Source: Bugula neritina
Taxonomy: Eukaryota > Animalia > Bryozoa
Assembly: GCA_964035545.1 (NCBI GenBank)
Contig: OZ037773.1
Location: 3,563,751 to 3,627,750, forward strand
DNA length: 64,000 nucleotides
Direction: 5' to 3'
The notes below the pieces were generated by a model. The model ran no database searches. It saw only the letters and a list, made by a program, of their open reading frames with translations, and had not been told where the DNA came from. Of this stretch, positions 51,988-64,000 are shown piece after piece (position 1 is the stretch's first letter; the number at the start of each line of letters is the position of its first letter). The position numbers and the translations under genes are program-made.

Positions 51988-54772
51988 CGTGTGCGCGCGT
52001 GTGTGTGTATACACTATATGCAATATACTACATATATATACACTACATACACTATATGCAATATAGTACACACACACACACACGCACACGCACACGCGCA
52101 CGCACACGCGCACACGCACACGCACACGCACACACACACACATATATATTTAACAGTTCTGGTTTGTATATTTGTGTAGTCCTCCGGAAGTGATGATAAA
52201 GGTGTCAGACCAGTTGAGCAAATGAAAAAGTCTGCATCTTTGAGTGATATGTCTGAAGCAGGATTGAAAAGAATTGATGAGAGAAGTAATCACACGGAAT
52301 ATTATAGAACTACGTTATATAATATAATATAATATTATATATGCAGTATAATATAGCATAATATAGTATAATATAGGATAATGTAGTATAATATGGTATA
52401 ATATAGGATAATGTAGTATAATATAGTATAATATAGCATAATATAGTATAATATAGCATAATATAGTATAATATAGGATAATATAGCATAATATAGGATA
52501 ATGTAGTATAATATAGTATTATATAGGATAATGTAGTATTATATAGTACCATATATAGTAGAGTAGAGTATCATATATAGGATCATATAGTATTGTATAT
52601 GCAGTATAATATAGGATAATGTAGTATAATATAGTATCATATATAGTAGAGTAGAGTACCATATATAGGATCATATAGTATAACTTATTATACATTATAT
52701 ACATATGTGTAACCTCAGACAGTCTAACAGATTATACCTAATACCTGCATAAATGTCATAATAGAGTAATACTTTATGGTTAGAGTGTAGGTCTAATGTG
52801 ACGCGGGTTCTAGATAGGTTCAAATCCGGTCTGGTGATGTTAAAAAAAGCATCTGACATTACTTTTGCTATGCATCAGTGAAAACCCTCAAATCATGTTT
52901 CTGGCATGGTAAAATGCACAGTCCTTAGGTATACTTAAACCTTTGTAATCAGGGATCCTCTAAAAAACTTAAATTTCTTAAATACTAGGTGCACAAATTA
53001 ATAACAGCTCAATGTGTGTACATGAGAAAGTAATTCTTTTTTGCAATGTGTCATTCATTACAGTATATGAAGCAAAGTTCCCTTTTCAGTGGGTACAACA
53101 AATAAATCTTTTCTATTAAAGTTACGTTTTCTGATTTCTATTATTTGATTATATTTCTCACAGACTCTCTTCTAAGACAATCAGAGAGACGTAAATCGAA
53201 ACAAAGTTCAACTGAGAGGAAGAGTTTGGATAATCCACCGGCAGCGATTGAAGAAGAGCCGACATCGCTGACTTCAGACCAACAAAACACTGACCCGGCA
53301 GTTCACCCAAATACTGCGCAAAATTTTCTGTCCTTCCACCAGCCGACGTTTCAGCTAAAATCAAAACTTGATGATCCGCCGACTATTGTATTTTCAGGGT
53401 ATCTTTACAAAAAGCGTGAGTATTCAAGTGCGATTAGGTTTTGCATTTTTATATTGGTTAATTAGTTTACTGAGCCTAGGTTTATATTTACCAGAAACAG
53501 CTGACTCCAACGCCAACAACACACAATAATTGGCCGGGTAATCGGTGATGAAACTATAAAATGTAAATATTTGTTGCTTGTATGCTTGATGAAACTTAAC
53601 ATTCATCAATCAAAGCAAGTGTTATTAATGAATTCTTTTGAATTTAAATTGGTATTATTGTAAAAATGTTCCTCGTATCAAATTTCAAGGCAGTTTTCTA
53701 CCCTAAAAGCAATTTTGAGAAAACTATATTTTGTTTGAAAATACTACAAAGATAGCCAATCATAATAAAGCAACAGTGTAAGAATACAATAACTATATAC
53801 TGTCCATGCTCAATATAGAAAAGTACAGTTTTGCTTACTTAAGTGCAATATATTTTCTTTGGTTCGTTTTAGCATCTAATCGCCTTTTCTTCAGATGGAA
53901 CAAAAGACTTTTCACTTTATTATCAAATGGGCAATTTCTGGGATTTGATAAGGGAGAAACGCCTACATTTTATCCTGTAACTAATTTTCGTAATTCATTC
54001 AGTATTAAAGGTAAGAAAATATCACATAGCTACCAAGTTTAGTTTAACAGTTATAATGTACTCAAAAATAATACACATTTCTTCTTGCTACCAAACATTT
54101 TAAAAGGAATTGACAAAAATTATATATAGCGCAAAATGCCATCATAGTTTTAGAAAATGAAGCTAATGTTTATAAATTACCAGTTGTTTTCCCGCATTGA
54201 TTTTAACTCCACATTGTTTTTCATGCATGCAACATTTAACTTTCTTGTTTTGTTAAAAACTTAAGTTTTTGAACGAGTATACAACGATCTTAATATTTTC
54301 AACATTACTATGGAAATTACACACTGACTAAATTCATACGTTTAGCGCCTTATGTAGATGCTCTATACTCAGTAGCTCATGCTTTCCATTATCATGTAGT
54401 AGAAATTACTTAAATTAGGTTAATGAAATATTTAACAGGCGCTGAGCTGTTTGTGAGAGACACACCGAAGAAGAAAAGAACTTTTATTGCCAGGTGCATA
54501 GAAGTAGATCCGAACAGTGATAAAGAGAAACAGTTTTACGCTGAAACTGAATCTGAAAGGTGACAATTAGTTGGCTAAACCTGATAATAAACTACATGAA
54601 AACTGTTCTGTCACTAGTATTAACTTGCATGTATGTGTATAGCTCATAAGAAGTGTGTGATCATTAAGCATAACAACTTTGTCATTGCAGAGATGAGTGG
54701 ATTCGTCAAATCAGATTGCTGCAAAACCAACTTAACAAATGTCGAGGGCCTGACGCAGAAGATTGCAGGTAG
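50372..54772 (+). CDS. Degenerate RING-like zinc finger + Akt-type PH-domain protein (no kinase); paralogue of 40060-46230
   Basis: Exons 50372-50407, 50810-50982 (CGNC...GHVYCYQCL), 51614-51752, 52180-52285, 53164-53415 (...FSGYLYKK), 53873-54010 (RWNKRLFTLLSNGQFLGF...NSFSIK), 54439-54559 (TFIARCI...EKQFYAETESE), 54691-54772 (RDEWIRQIRLLQ...*). Same PH intron phases and same 121-nt exon as the upstream paralogue. Confidence 0.75.
51820..52700. repeat. Mixed TA/CA/ATATAGTATA simple repeats flanking the 52180-52285 exon
   Basis: Direct reading of the sequence. Confidence 0.85.
52775..52965 (+). mobile_element. Degraded tRNA-derived SINE
   Basis: TGGTTAGAG...GGTTCAAATCC...GGTGATGTTAAAAAAAGCATCTGACAT...ATCAGGG, similar to the 19.8 and 31.9 kb copies. 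Confidence 0.55.
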
Positions 54773-54789
54773 TTTCATGGCGCTCGCAC

Positions 54790-55010
54790 AAACATGGAGC
54801 ACACAACTCTGGATAATATACAATTCTCAGACAAAGAGCACGCAACTCTGGATAATATATAATTCTCAGACAAAGAGCACACAACTCTGTATAATATGCA
54901 ACTCATAAACATAGAGCACGCAACTCTGGATAATATATAACTCTCAGACATAGAGCCCACAACTCTGTATAATATACAATTCTCAGACAAGGAGCACACA
55001 ACTCTGCATA
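54790..55010. repeat. 39-bp minisatellite
   Basis: Unit GAGCACACAACTCTGGATAATATACAATTCTCAGACAAA, about 5.5 copies. Confidence 0.9.
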
Positions 55011-57279
55011 ATGCCTGCAAGAAAGCAAAACATATTTACAGAACTTTTGTTTTAGACAAGTTAACTATCTCTCAGTATTAAGTTTTATCTTTGTATCACT
55101 ATTTTTGTAACTCCCCTGTATTATTTTATCAATATATATTTCTATGCCTGAGTTTATGTTGTCGCAAGCCCGGTGATGAAGCTCCTTTTGACTGCAGGAT
55201 TTATTGACGAGAAGGGGTAGGGGGCAATTGCAGGTTGTTATTTTTGTGACTATGATTTATTACAAGCTTCACATCCCATTTTTGTATCCATATGCATTAT
55301 TTATAAATATACAGTGTTATGGCTTTGATTGACTCAGTTACGGCATATGCATTAATTTTTCTGTATGTTTCATCTTACAGTTTTCACGCCATACCATACT
55401 GTATAACCATTTTGAATTGACTTGGTGATATATGGAATGTTTGCTAATATTGGTTGATATGCTATACAGCAAAATAAAACACTTCATACTTATGAAATGT
55501 GATCAGCCCACAATTCTGTTTCAATCAATCAACATTGTAACAGTTTCGTAGTTAATTTATGGCCAATGTTTACCTTCTTCCTACTACATTCCTATTGAGC
55601 CACAGTAATGAATAAGGCAATTGCAAGCTGCAAACTTGTTTGGGTAAATGGTAAATGGGGCAGCTCGGGTGGCCAATGGGAACAGCGGACGTTATCCTGT
55701 AATATCCCACTGTGGTCCTACTTGGTCTAGAAAACTGAATCTTGGTCATTAGAGTATTTTTAGGCATTAGAATATGATATTGATGCATGTGATTTATGAC
55801 TATATTATTATACTTTATCCACCAATCAGAAGCTAGTTTAAGGCAAGCTACAGGAGAACACAAGTTTCCCTACGCTCATTCATCTTCCTCTAATAATTGT
55901 TTTGTAATCTCATGTAATTTGCTTTGTAATTTACTGGAATTATTTTATATGCTGAGTTAATAGCCTTTAATACATTTTTTCTTTGCCATGTTTCATATTA
56001 TATACATATTATATACTATACAATATATTATATATTATATTATATTATATATTATGTAATATACATTACTCAACCATACTGTATTTAAATTATAATGCTT
56101 ACCCTAATTTTACTATTATTACAAACTTCACTGTGTTGGTTTATGAATTTAAGTGTTAGTGATCTGTAAAGTTGGTAAACTACAAATAAATTATATTAAT
56201 ACCAACTTTCACCTGTCCCATCTAACTACGCTCATAAAGGCACTAGTAAAATTCAATCATCTAAAAAAGCTTGCTAGGTCCTTAGCAGACTGTTAAAACT
56301 GCTACAGTGAAGTCTTTTCCTCATTGGAGACTAAAAGCCAAGAGTTGGTGAAGAAAGCTCGTTACGCCTTCACTTTGCTACTCAGCTGCGAGAGTCCACT
56401 GTATATGCTGAGATCAGATGGCTGCTGAAACCACCCGCCACCACTACCCAGTCGAAGGACAGATAAGTACCTTCTTTACCTGTACACTAGTTTGCCTACC
56501 ATCCTAACAACTAAATAATAAATTCATTAACTGAGTGGCTGAGAACATTACAAAATTTCCTATGATATTAGACCATATTTTAATTTTATTTTATTGCTTT
56601 GCATAATTTTTAAATTATTCCAAACTTGTAAACTGACCAACCAGGAATCAGCGTTTTTGCTGAGTATAGAGCATAAGCAATTTACCAAATCGAGTGTTCA
56701 TTGTGCTGGCCTCATAGTCATTGTGCCTTTGTGAGCTGATCTGGCTGGCTGATTGCTGAACACTTTCTAGCAGCATTCACACTTCAACTGCATTTGACTT
56801 GTGACAGGTCTTCTGGTGGCTCGGCTGTGCCTAATTAATCATTGTGGTTTAAAACAAACAACTAGATACAGCAGAGTCAATCCTAAGTAATAAAAGTCAA
56901 ATTATTCGCTATTATTATTAGTTATTTTTTAGCAATTTTATCCTTTCGCAACTGTTTGCTAATTATTCACAAGCTTGTTGTGTTGTCAAACTGTTGCTGA
57001 TTTAGTCATAGAAGTTCGATTCTTTGCTATTATTATTAGTTATTCTTCACCAATTTTATCCTTTCGCAACTGTTTGCTAATTATTCACAAGCTTTTTGTG
57101 ATTTGTAATAAACTATTTATAACACTACACACACAATATTTTACTGTTGTTTTGGTTCAATTTCTTCTGTCCTTAACGCGAAATGAGCTCAAATGAAAGT
57201 CTTACGGATCTTGATTTTTTGACAAGCAAGTGCAGCCTGCACAGACCACCTTTCATGATGTAATGTTACATACAGCCAG

Positions 57280-58215
<936 letters not shown>

Positions 58216-59807
58216 TTTATATCACATTATTTTTAAAATATATACATTTATTACCTACCATACTTAATGCCAACTACATGCTCAAATAAATCGGTATGCG
58301 CCATCAACTATGTTCACAGGCACGCATTGCAAATCAGCACAAGTGTACAGGTGTTGGAGTTTAAAGGAGTTGTCACACTGTAGAATATTGTACAAGTAAT
58401 TCCTAAAATGTAGAATTTATCGCTCAGCTGATTTATTTAATGTTGATATAAACTTAAATCGTTTGGTTGTACAATTATCTATACAAGTTTGATTAGGTTA
58501 TGGTGCCTGCATGTGCCCCTCAAAGTTTCATGAAGGAAAAGCTATTTATTTGATTATTTCTTTTGATTCAACAGCCATGTGGTAAAAGACATTCTGATAT
58601 ATGAGCAGTGAAATGAGACATTTTCATGAAACTAGTCTTTCAACATAGATGTGCAGTAGATAATCTGCATTGTAGAAACTTTACACCTGAATAATCATGG
58701 CTGTGTTTTGTTAATTTTGATGATGAGTTTTGACTTTGACTTTGCAAAAGTTGTGAAGAATTATGAATGATCATGAAAAGTTATGAAACGGGACTTGATA
58801 TGTGTGTAGTGCAAATTTGTTTTTGACAATGAAATTACTTCAGGAACCCAGTTTCTGGCATTTTATAATATTTTGACTTCAGTTAAGTTTCTAGGTTTAG
58901 TTTAAAATTTAAAAGTCAAGTTTGAACCATTAACTTTGTCTTCAAATACGGTTTCTTGTAGTTAGATATTTTTTTAACTTTTAACTAATGTAGTTAGATA
59001 TAATTTTTACTTTATTCATTTGCTGTACATTTTGTGCCTGAAACCAGCAGCTTATAATAATGTTACAAATGTCTACACAACCAAGCAGCTACAATAGTCT
59101 AAATTAGTTTATTGTATCTATTTCAGGAACAAGCCTAAAAAGGCATGTGACCTTTTACAAGGTCATACCCCTGTTTTCAGCTCCTATAAATGCTTTTTTC
59201 ACAGCCATTCATGCTTCCTTTACAAATCATAAAATATAGTTTCTTATTGATATGTGAAGGTATTATTAGTAAATATTGAAGCTTTAAATTAAACATAATT
59301 CATATAGTTTTAGACTAAACTATAATTCAGACCTTTAGAGAGAAATCTGGAAGTCTCCATATAACGCTCTAAAAGTATTTAAAGTTTGTCACATCTTTGG
59401 CAACTGAACGGTATTCATTCTTATCTTAGCTGGAGATACTGGCCATTAAAAGTTTGTCACAACTAAAGCCGATTTATTCTTATATCTTAGCTGGAAATAC
59501 TGAAGTTACTATATAATTAGCACATGTAGCATAATTTGGTCACATATAAGGACATAAACATCATAATCCATTGTAGGTTGATGGTTTGTTCCTTTTTAAT
59601 AACAATATTTTGACCAATAATACCTCAATTCTTATTGGTCAAATGTTCAAAATAGACCAATGGTGTTTGCCTATAACGTGAAGATCACAACAAGATATTT
59701 AGTCATTGTTACAGTAGCTACTGCCGTAGCACATTGTTTATACAATTTCAAGTACAAATGCACATTCTATTCTAACTCTTGTACAAGTTGAAGTTTCAGC
59801 CGTAAAG

Positions 59808-62800
59808 ATGACTATTCTAGAGGACTTGGCGGCGAAGTCCCAGCTCCACTGGTCTGACTACATTGTGTTGATTGCGTACTTTGTTATTGTCATTGGAGTG
59901 GGAATTTGGGTGAGTGTAGACTGTAGCATGTCTTCGTACAAAGTATTAGAACAATATCATAATCGTTAAATTCCGCATTATTTTGATTATTTGTGCATAA
60001 TTTGTATCTGATAAATGCCATTGGCAAACAGTTCCAGTTTACTGAGAAAAAGCTAACTAACAGCTGATGTTCAAGTTGGTGTTTAAGAAGCTATAAGTAG
60101 TAGTTGTTCTACAATTTTTTATTGTGTACAAACATTATTGATAATGATTCAAACCACGTAGCCATACTAAAATTAATGAAAACTTCTTAGCTACTACTGG
60201 AACTGATATATAAGTCAGAGCTGAAATCTAATTGATAGCTGTGGCTTAATTATACCCATCAGTTCACGTTTTAAGGCTGTCTAGTAAAAGCCCCTTCCTG
60301 AAAATAGTATTGCGGTGAAATATTTTCTAAAAGCTGTAACTGGTGTGTCAGCAACAAACGTCATTTGAGTCGACCAACATTCTGAAATATTTTACTTTGA
60401 GACGTTTAGAGGACATATCTTATCAAAATCATGCCTCGATCTACTTGCAGTTACTACTGTAGAATTATAATAAATATATTTTATTACTTGCAAGACATGT
60501 AAACTGGTTGGACAGTACATGCAGAGAGTCAAGACATTATTATACATGAAACATCAGCTATTTAACTGATAGCTTTTCGTAGCTTTTCTCTGAAAGCTTG
60601 GATAGCTACAAAGCTATAAACAACACATAATTGCACTACAACTACTTACTATACTATCATTCTTATTTAAAATGCAGCTAATATATCTTACAATGTTTAT
60701 TGATATGTAGGAATTTCACAGGACAATATAAACTGCATAAGTAGAATATGTAAATGAGCTCCAGTATCATGTATGTGTAGCGTGGGGGACAGTATCATAT
60801 TAGTTGAGGATGACAAAACATTTTAGTTTCAAGTTCAAGAATGTAGCCTATAATTGTAATATAAATAGGGGAAGTTCTATCCCACCCCTCAAACCAATTA
60901 ATATGAGCATGAAAGAGGGTTAGAGCCTAAAATATTAAACTTATATGTTTATTTCCATGACTTTGTTTTCTGACTTTTAAAATAGGGAAAAGAAATTGAT
61001 TCAAATTCACAAAAAGACAGTTTTTATAGTGCAGATGGTGTGACTAGCGCACAGCAGGTTTAGGCAGTGTACAGTTGGATAGTCTACCTTAGTTATGTAA
61101 TGCACTTGCAGCTTGTATAAGATATCTAGTATAATATTTCACTAAGCATACCTTAGGTACTTGTTTTCTACTGATTATAAGTTATGTTGTGCTCCAACAT
61201 AACATAGCTGATTGCTACCTGTCCAAGGCTATATTTTCTGTGTATTGATAAGTAGACACATGGGCAGATAACTCTGACCTGCTTGACTTGAAAGTCTACG
61301 AGAAAACTAACAGAACACAAGCATTTGGTTTTTCTTATCCAGATAGGTTTTTTGTCACGGAGGTATGGGCAGAGATTTTATAAAAATATTTAAAATTTAA
61401 AACTGGGTTACAGAATAGGCACTCTCAACATGCGCCCCAAACCGTGAAGCATGAATTTAATGTAAATAATAAAGCAACACCATTAGACTGCCTTCTGTTC
61501 TCAAGAATGCTGTATCTAGTGCAGAGTTTTCTAGAATATTCAGTAGATTAGTAGAGCAGCTGTTGTGTTTGTCATATTCTTTGCTAGTAACATTATATTT
61601 AATTACATAAACACTGCTCTTGACATTCTATTACTCCGTGTTTAATCAATGGTCAAATAAATATAGAGTGTTTGCAAAAAATATCAATGTCAGTTTGCCT
61701 TGGAGTTCACCTTTTGTCTTTATAATATCATGCCAGGAATGGGTGGGGAGGGGAGGGGCTTGTGGTAGGTGGGATCACAGGCAACTCATATAATATACAC
61801 TTGACAGCCAATATTGAGCAAAGACTATATTAGACCGTTGGCCTTGGCTCCAACATTCTAATTAATTATTGATATAATTTCATTCCGACAAAAAAATTTA
61901 ATGCAAATCCTAGTCTAAAGTCTACTTCTGCATAAGTTGCAGCCCAGGGGTAAGGCTGAAGTCTCAAGGTTAGCATTTTGCTGAATAAGAAAGGATAATA
62001 CTTTGGCTGAAAAGTTCATACTGGCAGATCCTCTATACTGCCTTCACTACTAACAATAATTTTAGGTATTAATGGCAAAAAATGGAAAATTAGGTGAAAA
62101 TGGCACACTGGTGTTAAATTTTCCCAAACTACAAACTCAAACCCCCATTCCCACCCCGAACCCTAATATTGGAGATACGTCATTTTTACCTACTTTGCGT
62201 TTTGTGCCATCGAATTACCTGTGCAATTTTCACTGATGCCATTTTTACCGGACATCCCTAACAATAGCTATAAGAGTATATTTATTTCACATTTCATTAA
62301 ATATATTTCTATTGCTTATGGAAATGTATACTGGAAGTTTTTTATAGGGTAAATTTCCTTTCCCCCATCAAACTAATGGCTAAGTTGAGAAGACATTATA
62401 TACCTTTGATAGATTACAGCTGCATTATAATATAGAAACTATACTGTTTGGTTTTAAGTGCATAGATTTTGTATAATTTGGGTTTGGAGCGTATAATTGC
62501 TTTCCTCCATAGTCAAACGACTTCTCATGCTAGAACTTACACTATCCAAGAGGTGTATAATTCTGCACCTCCTATTAACTCTAGGGTGTTCAGTGACATG
62601 ATCTTATCACAGTTTAGTAGAGACTGTTATAAGTATAGATTAGGTAGACTATACCTAGCTTGGCGTAGCTGTGCTGTATTTACTCTTATTTGTTAGTAAC
62701 ACATCAGAGGTTATAAAATCCGCATCAAGTTCTTGTTTATAAGAAATATAAAACTAGAAATATGAAGAAGGGGAGATAGATATGCCCCCCAACATTCCGT

Positions 62801-62912
62801 ATAAGTTCACATTAGTGATTATTTCTACACACCAAGAACAAAATAATGTTTAAAATAGGATTTTAATCATTTATACTAACATTAGAATGTTACGTACTTA
62901 ATTATAGCCTAG

Positions 62913-62967
<55 letters not shown>

Positions 62968-63057
62968 CAACTAAACATTTACTTGCAGTCGTCATGTCTG
63001 AACAGAGGATCTGTTGGAGGATATTTTCTGGCTGGAAGAAACATGCACTGGGTGTTG
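59808..63057 (+). CDS. SLC5 sodium/glucose (sodium:solute) cotransporter, first two coding exons; gene continues beyond the window
   Basis: Exon 59808-59909 MTILEDLAAKSQLHWSDYIVLIAYFVIVIGVGIW and exon 62989-63057 SSCLNRGSVGGYFLAGRNMHWVL; matches the SGLT-family signature NRGxVxGYFLAGRxMxW. Confidence 0.9.
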
Positions 63058-64000
63058 GTAAGTGTGATAACTTCATAGTAGAGTTGTTGTAGTTTGCTAA
63101 AAAATGCTGCTGTTCTAAAGACATCTGAAAACCTGGCAGCATGCCCTAGAATTTCAGCAATAAATTTAGATTTATGACAAGTGGGTTGGTTCAAAGAATG
63201 TTGCGGCAGCTGCTGCCTAAGAATGTGAATTGGTTTAAAATCAAAGTACTGGATTGGCAGCTTTCTGTTCAACTGTACAACTGCTCCTGTTTTTAGACGC
63301 TTTCAATCCATTTAACAAATATTTTCTGACAGCTATGTGGCACTGATTTCCTGGTAATTGTATTCTGTTCTGTGGTGGCCTAGATAAACTATAGATCTTA
63401 GGGTAGCTGACACTGTTTCTGTTGGAAGCAACTGCTCTCGTTGTGTTCAGTATTATTATTCATTAGGTAAGATTTCAACCCATACGCCAAGTCAAACATT
63501 TAAGAACCTAGGTTATACAATGTTCTCCAATTTCTTTCAATTTGATGCTGATTGTTAAACAGTATCCTGATTTATGGCTTAAAACCTGAAAGAAAGGTTA
63601 TTATGATACTTAATGATATAATCATAAAGTTTCTATTCTCGTAAACAATGGATATGGTCAAAATATAGCAAAAAACATTCTTCCTCAAGTAATAAGTTGT
63701 TGATGAAGTAAAGAAAAATTGCTTCATACATCAGCTTGCATCTAAGTAAAATAGATGTCCTACATTTTGTGCCTGATTAATGTCAAACATAGCTGAGGCT
63801 ATGGTTACCATGGTAACAGTGTGAGGCTACGGGTGCCATAGCAACATGGGGACAATGCTGACTATAAAATAGCACTCCTGTTTGTCTAAGGGTATAATAA
63901 AATGTTATGTAATGATGTTTATTCCCACATAGAGACATTTAACCAGTAATTCAATAGTACCCCCTAATCACCCTGATCCTACTGTTATAATTGTAAACTT

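Overview
AT-rich, intron-containing animal genomic DNA (probably a marine invertebrate or lophotrochozoan; this is inference only). The main finding is a young, complete 7.7-kb LTR retroelement (1604-9305; 687-bp LTRs with 6 differences, ACAG target-site duplication, PBS, PPT). It has an unusual single reading frame: Ty3/Gypsy-type Gag fused in frame to a class III viral fusion glycoprotein (herpes gB / chuvirus / rhabdovirus G-like), then a UGA-CUAG readthrough-type stop into an aspartic protease. It has no RT, RNase H or integrase. The rest of the window holds the following, in order. (1) A decayed ORF and a single-exon peptide-type GPCR. (2) A divergent calmodulin-like gene, and a canonical calmodulin gene with three tandem alternative last exons. 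(3) A TRIM-like gene (degenerate RING, two B-boxes, coiled coil, beta-propeller) with two intronic, TA-embedded palindromes that each carry a minimal hammerhead ribozyme on both strands. (4) Two tandem kinase-less genes built on an Akt-type PH domain with zinc-finger N-termini. (5) The first coding exons of an SLC5 transporter. tRNA-derived SINEs, MITE-like elements and many mini/microsatellites are scattered throughout. Exon models were assembled by hand from GT-AG sites and phase consistency; no database searches were run.
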